Positions 8,896 through 18,119 of a stretch of 64,000 nt of DNA are shown one piece after another. A program made the translations under genes and the position numbers. This DNA comes from an uncultured Cytophagia bacterium (GTDB lineage Bacteria; Zhuqueibacterota; Zhuqueibacteria; Thermofontimicrobiales; Thermofontimicrobiaceae). Below the pieces are notes generated by a model. The model worked only from the letters and a program-made list of their open reading frames with translations. It was not told the DNA's origin and searched no databases. Positions within the stretch are counted from its first letter, which is position 1. Each line of letters starts with the position of its first letter. The DNA lies in the NCBI GenBank assembly GCA_964647995.1, contig CAZYNP010000028.1, forward strand, positions 1,151 to 65,150, read 5' to 3'.

Positions 8896-9519
8896 TTATT
8901 CGGGATAGGCCAGAGCCTGCTCGATTGCTCGAACCACTTCTTCGTCTTCCGGAGCGGTACGAGATCCAAATCGAGCCACGATCTTTCCCTGACGATCAAT
9001 CAAGAATTTATTGAAATTCCAGCTAATATCACCGGCAAATTCAGGATTGGTCTCCTTCTCTGTCAGGTATTTATATAGCGGCGCAATGTCTTTTCCTTTC
9101 ACCGAAATTTTGGAAAACATGGGAAAGGTCACCTGGTAATTGACCGAACAAAACTGTTTGATTTCTTCGTTGCTGCCGGGCTCCTGTCCCAGGAAATTAT
9201 TGGCAGGAAAGCCCAAAATCACCAAGCCTTTATCCTTGTATTGCTGGTAGATTTTCTGCAATCCCGCGTACTGTGGGGTATAGCCACAACGACTGGCCAC
9301 ATTCACAATCATGATTACTTTGCCTTTATACTGCTCCAGCTTCTGATCTTTGCCATCAATATCTTTCATTGTAAAGTCATAGATGGATTTCATTTTTTCG
9401 CCTCCTGTCTGTTCATTTGATCGCACGGCTCGATTAGCAATGCCGAGCCCGAGCAATCCCATCAACATCATCGTCATAATTTTCTTCATGGTAAATTCTC
9501 TCCTGAATTCATTAGTCAT
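8896..9519 (-). CDS. gpx: Glutathione peroxidase (Cys form) with a signal peptide.
   Basis: The VNVASRCGYT active-site motif and the WNFNKFLIDRQGKIVARF C-terminal motif are present. Confidence 0.8.
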   Translation of the reverse strand: MTNEFRREFTMKKIMTMMLMGLLGLGIANRAVRSNEQTGGEKMKSIYDFTMKDIDGKDQKLEQYKGKVIMIVNVASRCGYTPQYAGLQKIYQQYKDKGLVILGFPANNFLGQEPGSNEEIKQFCSVNYQVTFPMFSKISVKGKDIAPLYKYLTEKETNPEFAGDISWNFNKFLIDRQGKIVARFGSRTAPEDEEVVRAIEQALAYPE

Positions 9520-9833
9520 GCCAATTAATTTTTATCCATTAGATGCCCGCGAATCTAAAGAGATTCAGCAAGCCAGATGAAAATTAAACAAGTTGCCAAG
9601 GATTTGGGGACACAATCAACTACTGTCAGCAGGACATCAGCCATATCCCCGCAGCAAACGCCCAACCTTGCCGCGCACTCAAGCCTTTATTCTACTACTC
9701 GATATTCAGCGACCCGCTTAGCTCCACAAACCTTCATGGCCCAATCATCATTTCTATAAAATAAAAAACGGATCCCATTTTGACCAGAACAATGGAATCC
9801 GTTATGACCAAAGCATTTAAGGCAGATTTGCGG

Positions 9834-10340
9834 TTAGAATTTTTTGAATTTGTTGCTTGGGACACCGCATACCGGGCATTTATCCGGCAGATCGCCGTCG
9901 ATCTGCGTATAGCCACACACTGGACAGATGTAAACGGTCTTAAGGGCGAAGTCTTTGCCCTGTTTGACCTTTTCTTTTGCTTCTTGATAGTAGGCAGAAT
10001 GTATTTTTTCGGCTTCCACTGCATAATAAATGGATTTTTCCGCACCCTTTTCATTTTGCAGTTTGGCGATGGCGTCATAGGCCGGGTACATCTCCTCCAC
10101 CTCAAAGTTTTCGCCGTTTATGCCGGTCTGCAAATTTTCCTCGGTTTTGCCGATATAGCCGAGATTCCGAGCATGGTTGGTTGCATGAACCTGTTCGGCA
10201 TAGGCAATGGCTTTGAATAGTTTGGCAATGTTGGGATAACCTTCACTCTCAGCGACATCGCTGAAAACCAGATATTTCATGTGCGCCATGGATTCGCCGG
10301 CGAAAGCTTCGTTCAATGATTTTTCAGTCATCTTTTTCAT
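9834..10340 (-). CDS. rbr: Rubrerythrin with a ferritin-like diiron domain and a C-terminal rubredoxin-like CxxC...CxxC domain.
   Basis: FAGESMAHMKYL...EHATNH and the C-terminal ICPVCGY...KCPVCG are present. Confidence 0.8.
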   Translation of the reverse strand: MKKMTEKSLNEAFAGESMAHMKYLVFSDVAESEGYPNIAKLFKAIAYAEQVHATNHARNLGYIGKTEENLQTGINGENFEVEEMYPAYDAIAKLQNEKGAEKSIYYAVEAEKIHSAYYQEAKEKVKQGKDFALKTVYICPVCGYTQIDGDLPDKCPVCGVPSNKFKKF

Positions 10341-10455
10341 GACTAACCTCTCCAGTTGATAATATGAATCTTAAATTAGGTTAATTATTGTCTATTTCGC
10401 CCAGAAACCAGAGGTGATTGCCAGGACAGATATTGGACATAGCTCGATCGGCACG

Positions 10456-10959
10456 CTAAACCATCGGCCAGAACCGATTGTCATACCATACGCTCTCTTG
10501 CAGCGCCTTATCCAATTCACTTAAAAATTGCAAATGGGTCTTTTCCCAATTGGCCAGCCAATCGAAAAGCTCTTTTTCCAGACCATCGCCGGTGGCCTGG
10601 CCGCGTTGCGAATAGAATCTGACCGCATTCTCCTCCATGCCCATAGCCGCAGCAATGGCCGCAGCCTCGTAGCTCGCAGCGGTAATCTGTTCGCGTATTT
10701 TTTGGGTCAACACCGCGTTGCTAATTCCGGGAGAAGATTGCTCATAACTGATTTCCGATAATTTGCCAGCTCGTACCAGGCTGGCATAGTGCCGCGAGAG
10801 GATGTCGATATGCTTTTCTTCCTCTGCGGCCATGGTCTCGAAGACCTCTCTAACAGCTTCGCTGGCAGTATTGCGGGCTGTTGCTTCGTAGAAGGCTTTG
10901 CCCCTGCGTTCCAGCAAAATCGCGCCTTTGATGATGTCCAATGCTTGCTCGTTTTTCAT
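10456..10959 (-). CDS. Rubrerythrin-family ferritin-like protein (erythrin-type, no rubredoxin domain).
   Basis: Ferritin-like helices with paired ExxH-type motifs (AAEEEKHIDIL; MEENAVRFY) and a size of 167 aa. Confidence 0.55.
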   Translation of the reverse strand: MKNEQALDIIKGAILLERRGKAFYEATARNTASEAVREVFETMAAEEEKHIDILSRHYASLVRAGKLSEISYEQSSPGISNAVLTQKIREQITAASYEAAAIAAAMGMEENAVRFYSQRGQATGDGLEKELFDWLANWEKTHLQFLSELDKALQESVWYDNRFWPMV

Positions 10960-10984
10960 GCCTTGCTCCTTCTATTTTTCAGGA

Positions 10985-11404
10985 TCAGTTAGCGTTCTCT
11001 GCTTTCATGAGGCATTCGCTACAAATACCTTTGAAATATCCATGAATGCTCTCAATCCGATGTCCCTCCACGCACATCTCTTCCTGGTAGACACAGGTGA
11101 CATCCAGATCGATGATTTTGCCGCATTGGCGACAAAAAAAATGATGATGCGGTTGCAGGATGTATTCATAGCGGATTTCGGACTCGGTTATGGTCAACAC
11201 ATCAACCAGGTGGTATTTCCGAAAAATATCCAGAGTGTTGTACACCGTGGTTTTTGATAGCGTGGGGACCTTTTTGTAAAGCGCAGCATAGATCATATCC
11301 ACGGTGGGATGGGAATGATTCTTGTCCAGATATTCCAGGATTTTCAAGCGCTGAAAGGTTGGCTTGATGCCGCGGTCGACCAGGATCTGTTTGTATTTTT
11401 CCAT
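10985..11404 (-). CDS. perR: Fur-family transcriptional regulator, likely the peroxide-responsive PerR.
   Basis: Fur-family features are present: the DNA-binding helix PTFQRLKILEYL, the HHHFFCRQCGKIIDL metal site and a C-terminal CxxC. It is adjacent to the rubrerythrin/peroxidase genes. Confidence 0.7.
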   Translation of the reverse strand: MEKYKQILVDRGIKPTFQRLKILEYLDKNHSHPTVDMIYAALYKKVPTLSKTTVYNTLDIFRKYHLVDVLTITESEIRYEYILQPHHHFFCRQCGKIIDLDVTCVYQEEMCVEGHRIESIHGYFKGICSECLMKAENAN

Positions 11405-11414
11405 TTTGATATTT

Positions 11415-11445
11415 TTCTGATTTGATAATCATCCCTAATTTAGAT
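11415..11445. promoter_or_regulatory. Candidate Fur/PerR box in the perR promoter region (tgatttgataatcatccctaattt).
   Basis: GATAATCAT resembles the Fur-box core GATAATGAT and lies about 10-40 bp upstream of the perR start. Confidence 0.3.
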
Positions 11446-11718
11446 TCAATATAATTTAAAATAAATACAAAGTCAAGTGGTTTTTTCACTGTTCTGAGAA
11501 AAGAAATCTGCCGCGACCAATATCGATGTCGCAATTAGTACTTGAGGTAACGCCATCGTTACTCCAGGCTCTGATTCGATGGGACCAACAATTTTTCAGG
11601 GCAACCTTTGCCCAACCGACTGCCCTGGTTAATGGCCTAAGCTTCGCCAAAACTAACTGCCTCCAGGTGGAAATTTGGAGCGAAATTCTCGGTTTGACGA
11701 AATTCCCAATCGTTGGGA

Positions 11719-11768
11719 CAAAAAAAATCCAACTGCCAAAACGGGAGCATCCGGTTTAGCAGTTGGAT
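11719..11768 (-). terminator. Rho-independent terminator downstream of the BNR-repeat gene (minus strand).
   Basis: A 10-bp stem atccaactgc/gcagttggat with a 22-nt loop is followed on the minus strand by an 8-U tract (plus-strand aaaaaaaa at 11719-11726). Confidence 0.5.
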
Positions 11769-11882
11769 GATTCAGGCCCGGAAAATTGAATTAGGTCATC
11801 AAAGCGTATCTTCCGAAAAACGGGGATAACATTAGCCCCTGATTCTGTGCCTCGAGCAGTATTGCCAATGCAACCGATGCCA

Positions 11883-14339
11883 TTACTTGATGAGTACCAG
11901 CTTCCTGGTCGCCTCAAAATTGCCGGTCTTCAAGCGATAGAAATAAACGCCAGAGTTCAGCGACCAGCCCCGATCATCCGCGCCCAGCCAGATAATCTTA
12001 TGCAGGCCTGCGGTTTTTCGCTCATTCAAAAGCGTCGCCACTTTCTGGCCCAGCAGATTATAGATCTCCAGCGTCACCTGTGCGCTGGACGCCAATTCAA
12101 ATTGGATGGTGGTTTCGGGATTGAACGGATTGGGTGTATTCTGATAGAGCATAAACCGGCCCGGTACAATTACTTCCCGTGTGGGTGAAAATTGAACCGC
12201 CCCATTCGCATCGATTTGCTTGAGCCGATAATTAAACGCCCCACTCCCGACCGGATTATCGATAAAACGATAATGCTGTGCTTCCGTGGTTGTCCCATGG
12301 CCCGGCACGAATCCGATGTTCAACCAGATGGTGGCACCCGGATTTTGACGCTCTACGGCAAAGCCGTAGTTATTTGATTCGCTGGCTGTGGACCAGTTCA
12401 ATTCCACCCGACTGTTGCTCCATTGCGCATCAAACGAGCTGAGCTCCACCGGCACAATCAAGCTCATCGATTTGAGGATGGTACTATAGGTTCCAACGAC
12501 CCAGCCTACATTTTCATCAATGATCGAGATATCAAACAGGCTGTTAACGGTTCCAATATCAACTTTGTACCAGGTGGCGCCGCCATTCATGGTTTTTAGC
12601 AAAGCGCCTTCCAGGCCTTGTTTAACCGCCCAACCCACCAGCGGGTTGAGAAAGTATATTTTCCGAATATAGTCCGGCTGAGCATTGATGAACTGTTCGC
12701 TCCAGGTTTGGCCGCCGTCCGTGGTTTTTAGGAGCGAATTGCCGCCAATCCAGCCGGTGGTATCATCGATGAAAAAGACCGAATAGAATTTTTCCGTGCG
12801 ACCGGTGGTAACCATGGTCCAGTTAGTGCCGGCGTTTTCGGTGAGCAGTACTGCGCCATTTTCGCCGACAGCCCAACCGCGCTTATTGTTGATAAAATAG
12901 ATATCATGCAGCGTGGCCATCACCGGGCAAGCCTGGCGGGTCCAGTTGGTTCCCCCATCGGTCGTATGCAGAATGATGGAAGAATCCGCCGAGACATTGC
13001 CGCCACAAATCCAGCCAGTATCTTTATCTTTGAAGAAACAGGCATTGAGAAAAAATCTGGTGTTGGCATTCTGAGGCAACCAGTTGCTGCCGCCATCAGT
13101 GGTGTGCAAAATCAGACCCCACTCGCCAATGGCCCACCCCATCTGGTCGTCCACGAAGAAAATATCATAAAGCGTCTCTGAGCTTGGCGTGGTTTGGGCA
13201 ATCCAGTGTTCGCCGCCATCCGTACTCTTCATAATAGTCTTATTTGGGCCGACGGCCCAGCCGATGTATTCAGTGACGAAATTCACACCGAAGAAATTCC
13301 AGACTGCGGTCCCCAAGCTCTTTTCTTGCCAAACGGAGCCGTTATCTTCCGAGCGTATGATCACTCCAGCATTGCCCACGGCCATTACCACATTGGAGTT
13401 ACTGAACCGCACCGAATTCAAATTGCGCAACACATTGCTAATCCCCGCGTTCCAGGTTAGGCCACCATCGTCGGTTCGATACACGGCGCCGTCTTTGCCC
13501 ACCGCGCAACCGACATTGGCGTCCCTGAATGTGATAGACCATAAGGGCGTGTTAGGAACAGTTTGCGATCGCTGAACCCAGGTAAGCCCGCCATCGGCAG
13601 TGTAGATGATCATGCCCGGCGCAGTGATGCCATCGCCGACCGCCCAGCCCTGGAATGCATCAACGAACGATATCGAAAATACTTCTTTGGTCAACCGCGT
13701 ATAAATTGGGGTCCACGTTTGCCCCCCATCTTCAGTTCTCAGAATGATGTCTTCGGGATTTTGGGGAGCCAGGACGTATTTGCTGCCAGCAGCCCAGCCG
13801 AGATTAGGATTACAAAACTGAACTGCGTTCAATACGCTGGCCGCGGCATTTTCAAATACCGTCCAATTCTGTCCACCATCGGTCGTTTTTAGCATTACCC
13901 CAATTTTTTCATTGGACTTTATTTTATAGCCCACGGCCCAGCCGTTGAGATTGTCATGAAAGTATAACCCTCGAATTTCAGCGATATCGGGAATGGTTTG
14001 CGCCGACCAGTTGTTGCCGCCATCGCTTGTTTTCAAGAGGATGCCATTGCTGCCACCGGCCCAGCCGTTATCGCGGTCGCTAAAAAAGACCGCCAGCAAA
14101 TTGCTACTGCTGCCGCCACAATAATGAGCCACGCTCCAATTTTGGCCGCCATTGCTGGTGGTGATAACGGTGCTCACGTCGCCAACGGCGATGGCGGATT
14201 GACCATCAAACAGCCAGATATCGTGGAGCGGATTGCCCTGTGGTTTTGGATTTTGCCAGAACCACTGCTCTGCGGTCTGGGCAATGCTGATGGTCGCCCA
14301 AATAACAATAAGCATCAGCGTCGTCAAACATTTTCTCAT
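11883..14339 (-). CDS. Secreted BNR/Asp-box beta-propeller protein (Ycf48/xyloglucanase-like repeats) with a C-terminal T9SS sorting domain.
   Basis: Many S/TxDGGxxW repeats are present (TSNGGQNWS, KTSDGGNNWS, KTTDGGQNWT, RTEDGGQTWT and others). The C-terminus YQNTPNPFNPETTIQFEL...GVYFYRLKTGNF...LVLIK matches the Por_Secre_tail pattern. It has a signal peptide. Confidence 0.75.
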   Translation of the reverse strand: MRKCLTTLMLIVIWATISIAQTAEQWFWQNPKPQGNPLHDIWLFDGQSAIAVGDVSTVITTSNGGQNWSVAHYCGGSSSNLLAVFFSDRDNGWAGGSNGILLKTSDGGNNWSAQTIPDIAEIRGLYFHDNLNGWAVGYKIKSNEKIGVMLKTTDGGQNWTVFENAAASVLNAVQFCNPNLGWAAGSKYVLAPQNPEDIILRTEDGGQTWTPIYTRLTKEVFSISFVDAFQGWAVGDGITAPGMIIYTADGGLTWVQRSQTVPNTPLWSITFRDANVGCAVGKDGAVYRTDDGGLTWNAGISNVLRNLNSVRFSNSNVVMAVGNAGVIIRSEDNGSVWQEKSLGTAVWNFFGVNFVTEYIGWAVGPNKTIMKSTDGGEHWIAQTTPSSETLYDIFFVDDQMGWAIGEWGLILHTTDGGSNWLPQNANTRFFLNACFFKDKDTGWICGGNVSADSSIILHTTDGGTNWTRQACPVMATLHDIYFINNKRGWAVGENGAVLLTENAGTNWTMVTTGRTEKFYSVFFIDDTTGWIGGNSLLKTTDGGQTWSEQFINAQPDYIRKIYFLNPLVGWAVKQGLEGALLKTMNGGATWYKVDIGTVNSLFDISIIDENVGWVVGTYSTILKSMSLIVPVELSSFDAQWSNSRVELNWSTASESNNYGFAVERQNPGATIWLNIGFVPGHGTTTEAQHYRFIDNPVGSGAFNYRLKQIDANGAVQFSPTREVIVPGRFMLYQNTPNPFNPETTIQFELASSAQVTLEIYNLLGQKVATLLNERKTAGLHKIIWLGADDRGWSLNSGVYFYRLKTGNFEATRKLVLIK

Positions 14340-14583
14340 ACATCCACCTCATGTTTGGTTAATGGATTTTGCGAATGCAACAACTACATCGTGGATGCAG
14401 CGCGGGCAGATGGGCAAGATGCAGTACTCTTGTGAACCAGAAGTACAATTTTTAGCTAAACCAAATTAAACAATTGTCACAAAAATAGCAACATATTTTT
14501 CGCTACGCCTAAAAAATGTTTTCTCACCACGGATCGGCATCGAGTTGAGCGCAATCGAGGCCATTGTGCTCCTTCGGTGTCAG

Positions 14584-16041
14584 CTAACCAGCAAACATAT
14601 CGATCTGTAACTGCTGACTGGCCTGTTGCTTCACCTTCTTCTCCCGAACCCGCTTCAATTCATCTTTGATCAGAAACAATTCCCGTCGAAATTGCAGTGG
14701 CGTCTGAATCTCCATTTGTTGGGCCAATTTCAAGGCCGTCTCCAGCAACTCACCAGCTTTTTCCAGTTTCTGGCTTTTCAAATAATAGGTAGCCAGTCCC
14801 CAATATCCCCAAAAGCTTTGGGGACCGATTTCGATGGCGCACTCAAAAAGCTGTTCGGCCGTCTTGAGATGCCGCTGCTTCAGCAATATATGACCATAGT
14901 CAAAATAGTTCTTGGCATCCATCGGGTCCTTCAAAATGGTAAAAAAGAAGAAGCGATCCCGCTGGTTCTCCCAATATTTGCGCATGCTGATTTTGGCAGC
15001 CAGCAGGGTAATGAGAAAGATATTATTGGCCAGGGGGTTTTTGTTCTTTAACGTATGGATGGCCAGATCAAGCTGCTCGGTTCGTTCCCCAGCCGCCGCT
15101 TTGGGCCGCAACTTTTCCAGCCGCTTGATCAAGGTCGGTAGCAGCGATGGGAGGTCTTTTTCGGCACTTTTCAAAATGGCGCCATAAAGCTGGCGGGCCA
15201 GCGCCTCTTGCTGCTGATCGGTAACCATCTCCGACAGAAAATTGGGATCGTTCAAATCCGCCGCAAAAAGTTGGTGTAAATACAAAGGCAGGTGCACCAA
15301 CTCATCGAAATAAATCTCAATCACCACCTCCCCGCGCAGCAGGGCAGACACGATCCCCTCGAAAGGAACGATCTCCTGATGCTCGATCAACAACTTCCAG
15401 AAGATCGGCCACTGGCAAATTTGTCGGGTCTTTTGCAGAATAATCGGGTCACGGGTAAGCAACTCCGGGTCTTTGATTTTTAAACTGTCCATCCCTTCCA
15501 GTAACACCGTGAGGGAATCGATGAAACGCAGGCCATCCTTGAGCGAGAGATTGAAGATAATCTCCCAGAGCGGATTGTCTTCCATGGGCAAGCCCAGGTC
15601 CGTGTGGGATTGCAAAAACACCAGCGCCGTCATCAGCGAGTCCTGCTCGATGCCACCATGGCTGACTTTGAGAAGCTCGTTGAGCAGTTTCTCCTGGGTC
15701 ATCCGAATGAACTCCCGGGTGATAAATTTTGGTAGCACTTTAATGCGAATGGCCCGTCGGAATTCCACTGGATTTTTGATATGCTCGAACTTCTTCGGGT
15801 CGGAATCCACCAGGTCGCGGATTTCGCGCAGCAACTCCAGTTCATCAAACCGCAGTGTTTTTAGTTCAGTTCGCGAGGTGAGCAAATGGGAGATATTTTC
15901 AGAGTTGTAGATCAATCGTTCCAGACTGGATTTGGGTGGCCGGGCGGCTTTTTTGCGATCCACCAGCATTTCATTGATGAATTCGAAACGCAGCGGCGAT
16001 TTTAGGATTTCGGCGTTTGGTTTTAGCTCGTTCACAGTCAT
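14584..16041 (-). CDS. Hypothetical 485-aa protein with C-terminal TPR-like repeats.
   Basis: It is a long ORF with C-terminal TPR-like helices (EQLFECAIEIGPQSFWGYWGLATYYLKSQKLEKAGELLETALKLA). I recognise no catalytic motif. Confidence 0.5.
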   Translation of the reverse strand: MTVNELKPNAEILKSPLRFEFINEMLVDRKKAARPPKSSLERLIYNSENISHLLTSRTELKTLRFDELELLREIRDLVDSDPKKFEHIKNPVEFRRAIRIKVLPKFITREFIRMTQEKLLNELLKVSHGGIEQDSLMTALVFLQSHTDLGLPMEDNPLWEIIFNLSLKDGLRFIDSLTVLLEGMDSLKIKDPELLTRDPIILQKTRQICQWPIFWKLLIEHQEIVPFEGIVSALLRGEVVIEIYFDELVHLPLYLHQLFAADLNDPNFLSEMVTDQQQEALARQLYGAILKSAEKDLPSLLPTLIKRLEKLRPKAAAGERTEQLDLAIHTLKNKNPLANNIFLITLLAAKISMRKYWENQRDRFFFFTILKDPMDAKNYFDYGHILLKQRHLKTAEQLFECAIEIGPQSFWGYWGLATYYLKSQKLEKAGELLETALKLAQQMEIQTPLQFRRELFLIKDELKRVREKKVKQQASQQLQIDMFAG

Positions 16042-16058
16042 CGATCAATGTCCAGGAG

Positions 16059-16655
16059 TTAAACTTTTTGAAATAGCAGTTGCTCTTGCATCATTGTTCG
16101 CATCTGGGCTTGCAATCGAAAATTGTTCTGACGACCAAGCGCGGCAATCTGCGCCGCAGTCCTGGGAAAAAGTCCATGCCCCAATAATCGACGCAAACAG
16201 GTCCAGAGACCTGGCGGAGCAGACGTTATGATCAAGCAACCAGTTGATGACAGGATCCGTTGGGCTTCGTAAAAAATGCCAGCAGCATCGCGCAGATATT
16301 CGGTCAATCCCACAGCCACTACCAGGTCGGCGACGGCTGGCTTTAGCGGCAACCGACCGGCCTCACCTTGCATCAAGCAGGCAGTAGGAACATGCTGTTT
16401 TGCTTGCTGCAACATGATAAAATTGCTGTCAATTCCAATCACCAGTGCGAAGCGGTTCAACCAGCGAAGCACATTTCCATTTCCGGTTCCGACATCGACG
16501 GCAATACCGGCCCCAGCGACAACAACCGACTGCAGCAGGCGTTGCAGGTTCTGGTTTTCCCGCTCCAAAATTCGGTTGAATGGAAAACGAGATCGAAACA
16601 AACAATATAATCTCGCCCGCTGTCGCCAGAGACGCTCTTCAGCCCAAAAATTCAT
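16059..16655 (-). CDS. Class I SAM-dependent methyltransferase.
   Basis: It carries motif I VDVGTGNGNV and motif II-like DLVVAVGLTEYL. Confidence 0.6.
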   Translation of the reverse strand: MNFWAEERLWRQRARLYCLFRSRFPFNRILERENQNLQRLLQSVVVAGAGIAVDVGTGNGNVLRWLNRFALVIGIDSNFIMLQQAKQHVPTACLMQGEAGRLPLKPAVADLVVAVGLTEYLRDAAGIFYEAQRILSSTGCLIITSAPPGLWTCLRRLLGHGLFPRTAAQIAALGRQNNFRLQAQMRTMMQEQLLFQKV

Positions 16656-16765
16656 ACCAATCTATTTTCATTGCATTCAGAAATGAACCCGCCCGGAGAT
16701 CGAAAATCCGTAGCCTCATTTCTGACCACCCAAAATTTCAACAACGACTATTCCGAAAAGTCGCT

Positions 16766-18016
16766 TTATTTATAAAGCAAATATTTTTCGCGCAGCAATC
16801 GAAATGTATCCAGCTTTGCCTGCCAGCTCTGGATTATTTCCTGCGCCGACTTCCCTTCATCGATCGCTCGCGGCGTATCATCATCGCCAAACATCAGCAG
16901 CGGACTACGGGCGGATTTCCAGGCGAATTTATCGGGGTGCAATTTTTTAATCGCACAAATGAGATGCAGTCCAAATGAAACAGCCGGGAATCGATGCGGA
17001 TCAGTAATGGTGAACGACAGACCGTTACAGCGTTGGCCCTCGAATTTCGGATTCATCGCAATGCCCGGCAGGTCGATGGGAATAAACGACGTGGTGTCGC
17101 ATTCGATTCCGGGGATGTTTTCTTTCCGGAGCAACTCGGCCAGGGCAACATGGTCCAGCCAGGGTGCGCCAATGGTTTCGAATGGCCGTAGCGTCCCCCG
17201 GCCCTCCGCGACATTGCAGGCTTCCAACAAACCAATCCCCGGGTACAGCAAGGCAGTGGTCGGTGAAGTCATGTTCGGTGAAGGCTTTATCCAGCGCCAG
17301 CCCAGCTCCGGATACCAGCAGCGACGATCCCAATTCAGCAACGGAATGATGGTCAGGCGACAGCGCACACCATTAGCCAGCCAGCCCTCTTCATTGAACA
17401 ACCGCGCCAGTTCGCCAATCGTCATCCCATGGCGCAGGGCAATGGGATGAATGCCGACAAATGAGGTATATTCCTTTTCTAATACTGGACCTTCCACCAT
17501 CACGCCGGTAATGGGATTGGGGCGATCGAGCACCACAAAATGGATATTGTTTTCGGCCGCGGCCTCCATGCATAGCGACATGGTGCTGATATAGGTGTAG
17601 AATCGGGTACCGACATCCTGAATATCAAAGACCAGCACATCAATATTGGCCAGCATGGCCGGCGTCGGCTTGTTGGTAGCGCCATAAATGCCAAAGATCG
17701 GCACCCCAGTCTGAGGATCTTTCTGGTCATTGATGGTGTCACCGCCTTCCACGTCCCCCCGGATGCCATGCTCCGGGGCAAACAGCGCCACCAATTTCAC
17801 ACCAGGAGCGCGATAGAGCAAATCGATGACATGCGTGCCATTGGCATCCACTCCGGTTTGATTGGTGATCAATCCCACTCGCTGGTTTTGAATGATCTCC
17901 AGTTTGCTATCCAGCAACACATCAATCCCGAATTTGAGCGGTGGCGAAGCAGTTTCCTGAGAACAGGCAATAACGAGGAGCATTGTCCAGAAGATGGTCC
18001 AACCAGATTTTTGCAA
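16766..18016 (-). CDS. DUF1343 family protein (NamZ-like exo-beta-N-acetylmuramidase) with a signal peptide.
   Basis: LKFGIDVLLDS...RVGLITNQTGVD...LFAPEHGIRG is characteristic of DUF1343/NamZ. Confidence 0.65.
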   Translation of the reverse strand: MQKSGWTIFWTMLLVIACSQETASPPLKFGIDVLLDSKLEIIQNQRVGLITNQTGVDANGTHVIDLLYRAPGVKLVALFAPEHGIRGDVEGGDTINDQKDPQTGVPIFGIYGATNKPTPAMLANIDVLVFDIQDVGTRFYTYISTMSLCMEAAAENNIHFVVLDRPNPITGVMVEGPVLEKEYTSFVGIHPIALRHGMTIGELARLFNEEGWLANGVRCRLTIIPLLNWDRRCWYPELGWRWIKPSPNMTSPTTALLYPGIGLLEACNVAEGRGTLRPFETIGAPWLDHVALAELLRKENIPGIECDTTSFIPIDLPGIAMNPKFEGQRCNGLSFTITDPHRFPAVSFGLHLICAIKKLHPDKFAWKSARSPLLMFGDDDTPRAIDEGKSAQEIIQSWQAKLDTFRLLREKYLLYK

Positions 18017-18119
18017 TGAAGTGACTCCCTTTTTAAATTTTAGGCGTTGTCAAAAACAACCTGAGATTTGCCCCCAAATCCGATCCGATAATAACCTCAT
18101 TCACAACGCCTGGCTTTGG

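Noticed and set aside
11526-11759. 77-aa plus-strand ORF in the perR-BNR intergenic region.
   Set aside because: It has no ribosome-binding site or motif support and overlaps the predicted BNR terminator hairpin. It is probably non-coding.
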